From NCBI GenBank assembly GCA_964614945.1, contig CAZTNW010000002.1, forward strand, positions 145,242 through 209,241: 64,000 nucleotides of DNA, read 5' to 3'. Origin of the DNA: an uncultured bacterium. Its GTDB lineage: Bacteria > Caldisericota > JANLFM01. The notes below the pieces were generated by a model that did not search any database, was not told the DNA's origin, and saw only the letters and a list, made by a program, of their open reading frames with translations. Of this stretch, positions 20,610 through 32,019 are shown piece after piece. Position numbers and translations under genes: made by a program. Position 1 is the first letter of the stretch. Every line of letters begins with the position of its first letter.

Positions 20610-21539
20610 TTGGTTGAGGCAGTTCTCACCCGTGATTTGGGGAAAAGATACGGCGACAAATGGGCTCTCCGTTCTCTGAATCTCTCTGTTCCTGTGGGCT
20701 CTATTTTCGGATTCCTCGGTCCTAATGGTGCGGGCAAGACTACCACCTTGAAGCTTTTGACGGGTCTTCGCAGTCCCACTACGGGTGCGGCCTACATTCT
20801 CGGGGTCGACGTGCGTAGGGGGTTGCAAAGTCGCCGCCTGTGTGGGTATCTACCGGAGTCTCCCGCTTTCTATCCCTGGATGAGTGCTCGAGATTACCTG
20901 TTATTCGCCGGCCGCCTGGTCGGTCTCAATGGGAAGGCCCTGCGGATGCGGGTCGAATATCTGCTGGAGCTGATGGGGCTGCGCAAGGCTCGGGGGCCGC
21001 TTCGCGCCTTCTCCCGAGGCATGCGACAACGCCTCGGGATCGCCCAGGCTCTGATCAATAACCCTCAGCTCCTGCTTCTGGACGAACCCACCTCTTTCTT
21101 GGACCCGATTGGACGCCGCGAGCTGCTGGACACGATTGCCGGCCTGGGAGGAGGGGTGACCGTCTTCTTTTCCACGCACATTCTGAACGACCTGGAGCGC
21201 ATCGCCGATCGTGTGGCTGTTTTGAATGCCGGTCGCCTCCTGATCCAGGCGACCATGGAAGAGTTGAGAGAAAAATTCCCCTCGAGGACGATCGTCCTTG
21301 CCGCAGGAGGAGAAATTACGGATCTCCTCCTGCGCTTCCGCAAGGAGCATTGGGCAAGGAGTGTACAGGAGGAAGAAGGCGTAATCCGCATCAGCGTCGG
21401 CGATCTCGCCTCGGCGCAAGCGGGCATCCCGCGGATTTTAGCCGAAATGGGGTCGCCCCTCTGCAGAATGGAAATAGAGGAGCCCGATCTGGAGGAAATT
21501 TTTGCCGAGGTGCTGAAAGATTCACATGTCAGGATTTAG
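20610..21539 (+). CDS. ABC transporter ATP-binding protein (ABC-2 type exporter)
   Basis: Walker A GPNGAGKTTTLKLL, signature FSRGMRQRLGIAQAL, Walker B LLLLDEPTSFLD. The TTG start at 20610 is preferred because GGAAGGAG lies 7 nt upstream; the ORF nominally opens at 20562. Confidence 0.85.
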   Translation: MVEAVLTRDLGKRYGDKWALRSLNLSVPVGSIFGFLGPNGAGKTTTLKLLTGLRSPTTGAAYILGVDVRRGLQSRRLCGYLPESPAFYPWMSARDYLLFAGRLVGLNGKALRMRVEYLLELMGLRKARGPLRAFSRGMRQRLGIAQALINNPQLLLLDEPTSFLDPIGRRELLDTIAGLGGGVTVFFSTHILNDLERIADRVAVLNAGRLLIQATMEELREKFPSRTIVLAAGGEITDLLLRFRKEHWARSVQEEEGVIRISVGDLASAQAGIPRILAEMGSPLCRMEIEEPDLEEIFAEVLKDSHVRI

Positions 21540-22290
21540 AGCTCTGCTATATAAGGAGGTCCTGGAATGGGTGAGAACTGGTCGCTGGTTCTTTTTGGCA
21601 TCTTTTTTCCTCATTTTGGGCATCGCCGTCCCCCTCTCCTTCCGTTTTCTACCGCAATTTGTTCCGCTAGAGATAAAACCCCTCCTCCAGCAGGTTTTCT
21701 CCTCCTCCGCGCCGGATGTGGCGGCCAACACCTTCAAGAACCTGGCCCAGGTCGGGATCTTAATCCTGGTCCTTATCTCCGCCGGCTCCGTCGCACATGA
21801 AGTTTCTCACAGGCAACTGGAACTTGTCTTTGCCAAACCGGTCGGGCGCACAGCCCTGCTCTGGGCGAAATGGAGCACGCTCTCCGTTGCTTTTCTCACC
21901 TCGCTGGCAATTGGACTGCTGGCAAACTACTTTTATACTGCTGCCCTCTTCCCGCCACCCCTCCCAGCGATAGAGTATTGGCTTGGGGGAGCCCTCTTCT
22001 TTCTCTACGGCCTTTTCGCCCTTTCGCTTGTCTTCCTGGCCAGCACCCTCTTTCCTTCCATCTGGGCCGCCATTTTCTCGCTATCTTTATTACTTTTGCT
22101 TTCCTTCATTCCGGTTATCTTGCCTACATCCTCCGGCTTCTTGCCCTCAGCCCTCCTGGAATGCTCCAGCCTAGTCGCCCGGGGCGAGCTTCCGGTCGCG
22201 GAAGCCTCTACGGAGGTTTTATTGACGCTTTCCGCGACACTGTTTCTGCTTCTTCTGGCTTCCTTCGCCATTCGTCGTAAAGAGCTTTGA
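21526..22290 (+). CDS. ABC-2 family transporter permease
   Basis: Six hydrophobic segments. Its start overlaps the end of the ATPase gene. Confidence 0.75.
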   Translation: MSGFRALLYKEVLEWVRTGRWFFLASFFLILGIAVPLSFRFLPQFVPLEIKPLLQQVFSSSAPDVAANTFKNLAQVGILILVLISAGSVAHEVSHRQLELVFAKPVGRTALLWAKWSTLSVAFLTSLAIGLLANYFYTAALFPPPLPAIEYWLGGALFFLYGLFALSLVFLASTLFPSIWAAIFSLSLLLLLSFIPVILPTSSGFLPSALLECSSLVARGELPVAEASTEVLLTLSATLFLLLLASFAIRRKEL

Positions 22291-22368
22291 GCTTCCCGCA
22301 CGGCTTTCTCCCTTCTTGCCCCCTCCTCTGAACTCTGTTAGATTAAATCTTGCCTCGCTGGTTTAGGT

Positions 22369-22400
22369 TTATCCACTTTCTCAACAGGCCCTGTGGATAA
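22369..22400. promoter_or_regulatory. Inverted pair of DnaA boxes in the dnaA promoter region
   Basis: TTATCCACT at 22369-22377 and TGTGGATAA (a perfect reverse-complement box) at 22392-22400, 20-50 nt upstream of the dnaA ATG. Confidence 0.65.
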
Positions 22401-22420
22401 GTTAGAAATTGGAGGGAGAA

Positions 22421-23764
22421 ATGTCAGAGATTTTGCGTGACGAAGCGGAGAGTTTATGGGAAAAAGTACTGGAATCCCTAAGAGCACAACTCAGCAGGCC
22501 TGCTTATGAAACCTGGTTAAAGGCCACAAGAGCCCTCTCTCTGAGCGAGAGTCTCCTGCTCGTGGGGGTCCCCAATGAATTTGCCCGGGATTGGCTGCAG
22601 ACCCGCCTTTACTCCCTGATAAGAAGCACCCTGAGCATCGCCCGCGGGGAAGATACCGAGGTAGAATTTCAGGTCGTCCCCTTGGCGCGCAAGAGCTCTG
22701 CCGCACAGGTGTTGCAGGAAAGAGCGCCATCTTCTCGCCCGGCTTTTAATCCTCGCTATACCTTCTCCTCTTTCGTCGTGGGGAATTCCAATCGCTTCGC
22801 TCACGCCGCCTCCCTCGCTGTCGCTGAGGCGCCTGGGCGTTCATACAACCCGCTCTTCATCTACGGCGGGGTCGGGCTGGGAAAGACACATCTCCTTCAA
22901 GCCATCGGCAACCACGTTCTGAGCAAAAGTCCTCCCCTGCGGGTCTATTACATCTCCTCCGAGCGGTTCACGAACGAGGTTATAAACAGTATCCGCGATC
23001 ACCGGATGGTTGAATTTCGCGAACGATACCGCACCACCGATGCCCTATTGATCGACGATATTCAGTTCATTGCGGGAAAGGAAAGCACCCAGGAGGAATT
23101 CTTCCACACCTTCAACGCCCTGCACGAAGCTAATAAACAGATCATAATTTCCTCCGACCGCCCTCCGCGGGAAATTCCCACCCTGGAGGATCGTCTCCGC
23201 TCTCGCTTCGAGTGGGGCCTGATTGCTGATATTCAGGCCCCTGACTTCGAAACGCGCACTGCAATTCTGAAGAAAAAAACCGAGGCCGAGGAGCTTTTCG
23301 TTCCTGAAGAGGTGTTGGAATATATCGCCGGAAACATAACGAGCAACATCCGTGAGCTGGAGGGCGCCTTGATCCGCCTGTCCGCTTATGCTTCCCTTTA
23401 CAATAAGGAAATTGAGCTTCCGATGGCCATGTCTGTCTTGCGGGATATTATTCCCGTAGCGGAGCGGCCGATAAGCATTCTGGAAATTCAGCGCGCCGTG
23501 GCGACGTATTTTCAGATATCGTCAGAGGAGATGACCGCGAAAAAACGGTCTCGTGACGTTTCTTATCCGCGACAGATAGCTATGTATCTGTCGCGCGAGC
23601 TCACAGACTCCTCTCTGCCTCAAATCGGGGAGTCTTTCGGCGGCCGTGATCACACGACTGTCCTCTATGCCTGCGAGAAAGTGAGAGCTGAACTTGAGGC
23701 AGACATCAACCTGCGCACGGCTGTTGAGGAGATTAAAAAAAGCCTTTCTCCTGGTTCCCGCTGA
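22421..23764 (+). CDS. dnaA: Chromosomal replication initiator protein DnaA
   Basis: AAA+ Walker A GGVGLGKTHLL and a C-terminal DNA-binding domain. ATG at 22421 is preceded by GGAGGGAGAA. Confidence 0.95.
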   Translation: MSEILRDEAESLWEKVLESLRAQLSRPAYETWLKATRALSLSESLLLVGVPNEFARDWLQTRLYSLIRSTLSIARGEDTEVEFQVVPLARKSSAAQVLQERAPSSRPAFNPRYTFSSFVVGNSNRFAHAASLAVAEAPGRSYNPLFIYGGVGLGKTHLLQAIGNHVLSKSPPLRVYYISSERFTNEVINSIRDHRMVEFRERYRTTDALLIDDIQFIAGKESTQEEFFHTFNALHEANKQIIISSDRPPREIPTLEDRLRSRFEWGLIADIQAPDFETRTAILKKKTEAEELFVPEEVLEYIAGNITSNIRELEGALIRLSAYASLYNKEIELPMAMSVLRDIIPVAERPISILEIQRAVATYFQISSEEMTAKKRSRDVSYPRQIAMYLSRELTDSSLPQIGESFGGRDHTTVLYACEKVRAELEADINLRTAVEEIKKSLSPGSR

Positions 23765-23972
23765 TTCTCCACAGCAGCGCTCCCCCTTCTTGCGGAAAGT
23801 GAGTAAAATAGAAGGGGAAAAAAATTCTCCACATAAGCCACAGAGAAATCCACAGCCACAACGGAGAAAAAGTAGCGGTCCGGAGAGCGGTAGAGGGGGT
23901 TTTCAACAGCGTTTGTTTTCCCCTACTACTACTATCTCTAAATAAGAAAAGATAATAGGAGAAGGTGAAAAA
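23765..23972. other. Candidate oriC (dnaA-dnaN spacer: DnaA-box-like 9-mers plus an AT-rich unwinding element)
   Basis: TTCTCCACA at 23765-23773 and 23825-23833, AAATCCACA at 23846-23854. AT-rich stretch CTACTACTACTATCTCTAAATAAGAAAAGATAATAGGAG at 23921-23972, directly before dnaN. Confidence 0.55.
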
Positions 23973-25076
23973 ATGCGGGTGAAGTGTAAGAAGGAAGATC
24001 TAATAAAAAATATTGGAGCGGTACAACGCGCTGTGTCGGGACGAAGCACATTACCTATTTTGAATAATATCCTGATCGATGTAAAAGGGGAGAAGATTCG
24101 TCTTGTCGCTACCGACCTGGAGATCGGGATCGAAGCACTGTTACCCGCAGTTGTACAAAAGGAAGGTACTATTACCTTCCCAGCAAAATATCTTTTGGAA
24201 ATCGTTCGCCGTCTTTCAGGGGAAGAGGTGGAACTTTATGTGGAAAAGGGAACACAAATTAACATTCAGAGTGAAAAAGCCCACTTCACAATGAACGGCC
24301 TATCGGCAGAGGAATTCCCGCTCCTGCCGGAAATTAAAGATGGAAATAAGCTGAGGATAGGGCAGAAGGAGCTGCAGGAGATAATTGAGAGAACCACCTT
24401 CGCCTGCTCTAAGGACGAGACTACCCGGCCGGAGCTGAGCGGGGTGCTTTTTTTAATAGCTGAGGATAAAATACAGGCGGTGGCTACGGATGGAAGCCGC
24501 CTGGCCCTGAAAGAACTCGAGTGGAAAAGCGGAATCGAAGCCAAACAGGACGTTCTTATTCCCAGCAGGGCGCTGGAGGAATTAGAGCGCATACTCCCGG
24601 ACGGGGAGGGAGACGTAGAAATTATCGTGGGAAATAATCAGGTGGATTTTTCCCTTCCCTCGAAGAAGCTTGTTACTAGAAAAATTCAAAACCGCTTCCC
24701 GAATTGGGAGCAGGTTATTCCAAGTGAGTTTCAAATGACCTTTCTCGTGGAGACAGCCCGCCTGCAGGAAGCACTGGATCGCTGCTCTCTCCTGGCCCGG
24801 TTGGTAAACAACCGGGTTCGCCTGCAGGGGGAAGGAACAAGCTTTGTTCTCTCTGCCGCAGCGCCGGAGGTAGGAAGCGTGGAAGAGGAGCTTTCCTGGA
24901 CCAAGGGCGAGGGAGAGATTGATATGGGATTCAACGTGCGCTTCTTACTGGACGGGATACGCAACATAAAGACAGAACATGCTTTTCTCGGTTACACTGG
25001 AAAGGAGCGTCCCCTTGTGATTCGCCCTTCGGACGAGAAGGGATTTCTCTACCTGGCCATGCCTCTCCGCACCTGA
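23973..25076 (+). CDS. dnaN: DNA polymerase III subunit beta (sliding clamp)
   Basis: Full-length three-domain beta clamp, immediately downstream of dnaA. Confidence 0.93.
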   Translation: MRVKCKKEDLIKNIGAVQRAVSGRSTLPILNNILIDVKGEKIRLVATDLEIGIEALLPAVVQKEGTITFPAKYLLEIVRRLSGEEVELYVEKGTQINIQSEKAHFTMNGLSAEEFPLLPEIKDGNKLRIGQKELQEIIERTTFACSKDETTRPELSGVLFLIAEDKIQAVATDGSRLALKELEWKSGIEAKQDVLIPSRALEELERILPDGEGDVEIIVGNNQVDFSLPSKKLVTRKIQNRFPNWEQVIPSEFQMTFLVETARLQEALDRCSLLARLVNNRVRLQGEGTSFVLSAAAPEVGSVEEELSWTKGEGEIDMGFNVRFLLDGIRNIKTEHAFLGYTGKERPLVIRPSDEKGFLYLAMPLRT

Positions 25077-26133
25077 AGCCGCGTTTTGCTTCTCCTTCAG
25101 CTCGCCGCGCGCGGATTCCGCAACCTGAAAGAACAGACCCTAGGCTTTAAAGGAGGCCTCCAGGTTTTTGTTGGCGCCAATGCTCAGGGGAAGACCAATA
25201 TTCTGGAGGCCATCTTTTGCCTCGCCTCGGGCCGCTCTTTTCGCTCCATCGACGATACTGCTCTATTGCAGAACGACGCCCCATCCTACCTCCTGGAGGG
25301 GCTGGTTGCCCGGGAGAGCGACCGGATCAAAGTCCGCCTCTCGTACGCCAGAGATGGCCGGCGCAAGACGGCGGAGATCAACTCATTGCCCCTGCGCAGG
25401 GCGGCAGACCTATGGTCAGAGGTAAAGGCCGTAGCTTTCTCTCCCGCGGACAGCCAGATTATAAAGGGGCCGCCGCTTTTAAGAAGACGATTTCTCAATC
25501 GTTTCCTTTGTCAGGCCTCACCTCGCTATCGCTTCACTCTCCTCCGTTTCGGACAGGCCCTGAGGCAGCGCAATTTTCTTCTGAAAGAGGAGCGTAGGGG
25601 AGGGAGAGGAGAGAGCCGACCGGCATGGGAAGAGGCCTACACGAACTTCGGACAGGCCCTGGTGGAAATGAGGGAGAGGCAAATTCTCTCCCTCGAGTCG
25701 GCTGCTCGTGGTTTTTATTCCCGCCTTGGGATGGACGAGGGCTCTCTTGGCTTGCGTTATGCTCCCTCCAGCCGGAACCTGAGAGAGGATCTGAGAAAGA
25801 ACCAGAGCAAAGAACTCTGGGCAGGCACCAGCCTCTGCGGCCCGCATCTGGATGACATAGAAATTTGCCTGGGGGGAAAAGAGGCCCGCGTTTACGCTTC
25901 CGAGGGAGAAGCACGGATTGCCGCACTTGCTCTGCGGCTGGGGGAGTGGGACTCTCTTCTGCGCGAGACAAGCGAGGCCCCGCTCTTATTGCTGGATGAC
26001 GCCCTTTCCGAGCTGGACGAGAAAAGGCAGGTCGCCCTCCTCGGCCAGCTGGTACAATGCCCGCAGGTTTTTTTGAGCGCAGTTTCTGCCAAGTTTTTCC
26101 CCGATCCTTATTCAAAGGAGGTTCAGTTCTTTT

Positions 26134-28375
<2,242 letters not shown>

Positions 28376-28423
28376 GCTATTTTCAGAGGCAGCCTAATTC
28401 ATGGTTTTTGAGGAGGATGAAAA

Positions 28424-29458
28424 ATGAGAATGGGGATCCTGACGGGAGGAGGAGATGCCCCCGGGCTAAATGCCGCTATCAGAGCAGCTGTAGCGAAAGC
28501 CGAGGAATTTGGCTGGGAGGTGGTGGGCCTGCACCGAGGCTGGGGAGGCCTGATGGATTGTGACTCAGAGCCGCTGACCTGGGATAAAGTGGCCGATACA
28601 ATTTCCTGTGGAGGAACGATGCTTGAGACCTCCCGTACGAATCCATTTAAGCGTGAAGGAGACGAAAGGGTGGCCGAGGCAAACATCGAGAAGATGAAGC
28701 TGGACGCCCTGCTGGCTATCGGGGGAGACGATACCCTCACCGTGGCCTACAAGCTTGCCCAGGCGGGGGTGCCGGTTGTTGGCGTGCCGAAGACGATGGA
28801 CAACGACGTGGCGGAAACCGATTTCACCATCGGCTTTGACACGGCGGCTTCTGTATCTACAGAGGCCATCGACCGGCTGCACACCACCGCCCGTTCACAC
28901 AGGAGATTGATGGTGGTAGAGGTCATGGGCAGGGATGCTGGCTGGGTTGCGCTTACTGCCGGGGTAGCCGGGGGGGCGCACATGATTCTCATTCCGGAAA
29001 TTCCCTACGATCTCGATGAGATTTCCCAGTTCCTCATGGAAAGGAAAGTGAGGGGTAATAGCTACAGCCTGATCGTGGTTTCGGAGGCGATTCACCCCAA
29101 AGACGGCACTCAACCGGAAGGGTATGAGAAAAGGGAAGTCGATGCTTTCGGACACGTCCGCCTGGGAGGCGTCGGGCATGTGTTCGCAGAGCTTCTGGAG
29201 AGGAGAACCGGACTGGAGACAAGGTCCACCGTTCTCGGCCACCTCATCCGTTCCGGAGCACCCACCGTCTTCGATCGCTTGTTGGCCACCCGCCTGGGCC
29301 TCAAAGCCACAGAGCTGATCAAGGAGAAAAAGTGGGGTTATATGTCCGCCCTTTCTGGAACAGAAATCGTGGCCGTAGAGCTGGAAAAGGCCATGGCCCA
29401 ACCCAAGAGAGTTCCCCCGGAACTGTACGATTCTCTGAAGATCCTCTTCCAGAGGTAA
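28424..29458 (+). CDS. 6-phosphofructokinase paralogue (PfkA family; GGDDT variant, possibly PPi-dependent or group III)
   Basis: GGGDAPGLNA, GGDDTL, MGR and PKTMDND motifs. GAGGAGG RBS lies 8 nt upstream of the ATG. Confidence 0.8.
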   Translation: MRMGILTGGGDAPGLNAAIRAAVAKAEEFGWEVVGLHRGWGGLMDCDSEPLTWDKVADTISCGGTMLETSRTNPFKREGDERVAEANIEKMKLDALLAIGGDDTLTVAYKLAQAGVPVVGVPKTMDNDVAETDFTIGFDTAASVSTEAIDRLHTTARSHRRLMVVEVMGRDAGWVALTAGVAGGAHMILIPEIPYDLDEISQFLMERKVRGNSYSLIVVSEAIHPKDGTQPEGYEKREVDAFGHVRLGGVGHVFAELLERRTGLETRSTVLGHLIRSGAPTVFDRLLATRLGLKATELIKEKKWGYMSALSGTEIVAVELEKAMAQPKRVPPELYDSLKILFQR

Positions 29459-29462
29459 GGCC

Positions 29463-29879
29463 ATGGAGCGAACCTTCCTGATGATCAAACCGGATGGTGT
29501 GGGGCGAGGACTGGTGGGAGAAGTTGTTTCCCGTTTCGAGAGAAAAGGGCTGCGCATAGCCTCCATGCGCCTGCGCAGTTTTTCCAAGGAAGAGGCAGCC
29601 GTTTTTTACGCCGAACACGAGGGGAAGGGCTTTTACTCTTCCCTGATCGAATTGCTTGTAAGCGGTCCCTGCCTGGGTATGATCCTGGAGGGGCACAATG
29701 TCGTGCGGCTTGTGAGGACCCTGATCGGCGCTACCGATCCACAGGAAGCCCTTCCCGGAACGATCCGGGGAGATTACGGATCGGAATTGCCCGCAAACAT
29801 TGTGCACGCTTCCGATTCGCCCGCGTCCTACGAGCGGGAGGCGGAGTTATTTTTCCAGGATTGCCCGGGTCATAATTAG
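29463..29879 (+). CDS. ndk: Nucleoside diphosphate kinase
   Basis: FLMIKPDG and the active-site NIVHASDS motif; 138 aa. Confidence 0.93.
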   Translation: MERTFLMIKPDGVGRGLVGEVVSRFERKGLRIASMRLRSFSKEEAAVFYAEHEGKGFYSSLIELLVSGPCLGMILEGHNVVRLVRTLIGATDPQEALPGTIRGDYGSELPANIVHASDSPASYEREAELFFQDCPGHN

Positions 29880-30593
29880 GTCCTCGAGCTTATCCACATC
29901 AATTCCCAGGCCGGGAGACTTCACCCGAATTGCCCGGGCCGGACCGCCGATGAAACGAGCGACGACCTGTTCCAACTCGGGAATGGAGAGGGAGCCGGCG
30001 GCAAACTTAATCACGTATCTCCACCCCAGAATTCTGGCCAGTTTCCACAGCTTTTTGCGGCCGGCAATGACCTGAGCCATGAAGCGCTCCACGATCGGCC
30101 AGGATTCACTCTGGTATAGAAGCATGTTGCCTGCTTTAACTTCTCCTTCTCTGAGCCTCGCATAGGTGCGCTTGCTCCCGGGAAAACGGGCCTCGATGTC
30201 CTCCTTTTTGACAACCGGGAGATAGAGTGAGGCCGGGTTTTCCCCACAGGAAGCCACGATTTGGTCAAGGTCCCGGCTCTCTAAAAAAGGGATATCCCCC
30301 CCCAGGATAATGACGAGCTCAGCCTCCGCTTTTTGGGCGCCCCGGCTGATATTTTCCTCGATAGTTGCGCCTGCGGGTATGATGAGGTCTACCAGAGGAC
30401 GGAGGCGGTCCGGCAGGGGAAAGTCACACACCAGGAGGTTCTTATTGCAATATGCAGAGCCCTTCAGAGCCCGGAGCGTGTACTCTATCATGGGCCTGCC
30501 GTCGATTTCGAGCAGGGATTTATTGGGAACCCCCTCCCGCTCCAACCATTCTTCGTGACCAGAACCTGCGAGAATTACTGCGTCAAATTTCAT
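29847..30593 (-). CDS. MobA-like NTP transferase domain protein (nucleotidyltransferase)
   Basis: N-terminal AVILAGSG...LLEIDGRPMI nucleotide-binding fold. It overlaps the ndk 3' end convergently. Confidence 0.6.
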   Translation of the reverse strand: MKFDAVILAGSGHEEWLEREGVPNKSLLEIDGRPMIEYTLRALKGSAYCNKNLLVCDFPLPDRLRPLVDLIIPAGATIEENISRGAQKAEAELVIILGGDIPFLESRDLDQIVASCGENPASLYLPVVKKEDIEARFPGSKRTYARLREGEVKAGNMLLYQSESWPIVERFMAQVIAGRKKLWKLARILGWRYVIKFAAGSLSIPELEQVVARFIGGPARAIRVKSPGLGIDVDKLEDLIMTRAILEK

Positions 30594-30641
30594 CGCTTCA
30601 CCCTCGGCCTTTTATTTTTTTAGAGTACCGGGCGATATAAT

Positions 30642-31460
30642 TTGGTTACGCTGAACTTTCATCTGAAGGAAGAGAAAAGGGTTTTATTTCAAGCCGACGA
30701 TCTTGGCCGCGACTCGGGAACGAATCAGCGCATTTTCGCAGCCTGGCGCCACGGTCCGGTCAGGGGAGCATCCCTGCTGGTTAATTTTGCCTCCTTCTCC
30801 CGCGAGGCAGCCTTAATGGCCAGTTCGGAAGGGCTGTCTTGCGGTTTGCATTTCAATGTCAGTGAGGGCAGACCGCTTTCAGAATCAGATGAAATCTCCA
30901 CCCTCCTCTCCCCCCGGGGTGAATTTTTTACTCCCTCCCAATTTCTTTTTCGCTTTAAGCGGGGCCTGATAGACCACGCCCATCTGGTGAAGGAATGCAG
31001 GGCTCAGGTCGCCCAATTCATTTCCTTTGGCTTGATGCCGCGCCGCTTTGACAGTCACCATCATGTGCACGCCATGCCGGGGGTCTTCCCTGTGCTTGAG
31101 TCAATCCTCAGCGAGAGCGGCTTTCGCTTTGTCCGCACTCCAAGCGAGCCCTTCTCCTGGCGCTCCCTCTTCCAAGCAGGAAGGGCGCTCGAAGGCGTAT
31201 TTTTGACTTCCTGGGGCCGGAGCCTGCAGAGGTATTTACGGGCCAAAAAAGCCTGGCACACAAGCAACCATTTTCGCGGAATATACGCCCAGCAGCCAAA
31301 CTTTTCCTGCGCAAGTTTAATCCGACAGCTCTCTGGCTTGCCCCCTGGCCTGACGGAGGTGATGGTACACCCCGGGCACCCCGGGGAAATGGAGGTCCTC
31401 ACTGATGAGAGAATACAGCGGCTTATCGTGGAGAAAGATTTGGTTCTTGTTTCGCCCTAA
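30642..31460 (+). CDS. YdjC/ChbG/HpnK-family carbohydrate deacetylase
   Basis: QADDLG near the N-terminus and the metal-binding DSHHHVH motif. TTG start. Confidence 0.7.
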   Translation: MVTLNFHLKEEKRVLFQADDLGRDSGTNQRIFAAWRHGPVRGASLLVNFASFSREAALMASSEGLSCGLHFNVSEGRPLSESDEISTLLSPRGEFFTPSQFLFRFKRGLIDHAHLVKECRAQVAQFISFGLMPRRFDSHHHVHAMPGVFPVLESILSESGFRFVRTPSEPFSWRSLFQAGRALEGVFLTSWGRSLQRYLRAKKAWHTSNHFRGIYAQQPNFSCASLIRQLSGLPPGLTEVMVHPGHPGEMEVLTDERIQRLIVEKDLVLVSP

Positions 31461-32019
31461 ATTCTGGCAGTTTTATGAATGGTTCTATGAGAGGCTTTTT
31501 TCTATAGAGCGAGTCGGCCCGCACGGCGAGAGTTTTTTGCGCGTGGGCCGCACTCATTATCGCGGGCCCGAGCTGAAGCTTGCGGGCGGGGTCGTCTTGC
31601 GAACCGGGCAAATTGTGGGGGAGATCCACCTGGACAACGAAGCGGTCGCGGCATTCCGCAGCAAATTCTCCACCTCGGTTGAATTTTACGGAGAATTCTT
31701 TCTCCGCTTCAGACAATCCATGCGTTTTCTTGCCGAGAAGGCAGAACGGGACCCTCGCTTCCAACAGGTGGCTGCTTTCCGGGGCACGACCCTGCTTCAT
31801 CGAGGTTTAGAAAGGTTAGGCTTCGAGACTTTTCCCCTGGAGAGGAAACTCAACGAGCGGTGGCAGGCCCGCGTACAGTACTTCTTCCTCCGTCATTACT
31901 CGGAGGAAGAATGGCGAAAGAAGAGAGAAAGAGGAGAGCTTCCCCGCCGCATCTGGATTTCCCACCCTCGCCTGATGGAGCTATACAGAGAAGAAGGCTC
32001 AGTTAAGCGCGACGTATAG
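31405..32019 (+). CDS. Hypothetical protein (Trp/Phe/Arg-rich, 204 aa)
   Basis: The ORF overlaps the 3' end of the ydjC-like gene. No motif recognised. Confidence 0.4.
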   Translation: MREYSGLSWRKIWFLFRPKFWQFYEWFYERLFSIERVGPHGESFLRVGRTHYRGPELKLAGGVVLRTGQIVGEIHLDNEAVAAFRSKFSTSVEFYGEFFLRFRQSMRFLAEKAERDPRFQQVAAFRGTTLLHRGLERLGFETFPLERKLNERWQARVQYFFLRHYSEEEWRKKRERGELPRRIWISHPRLMELYREEGSVKRDV

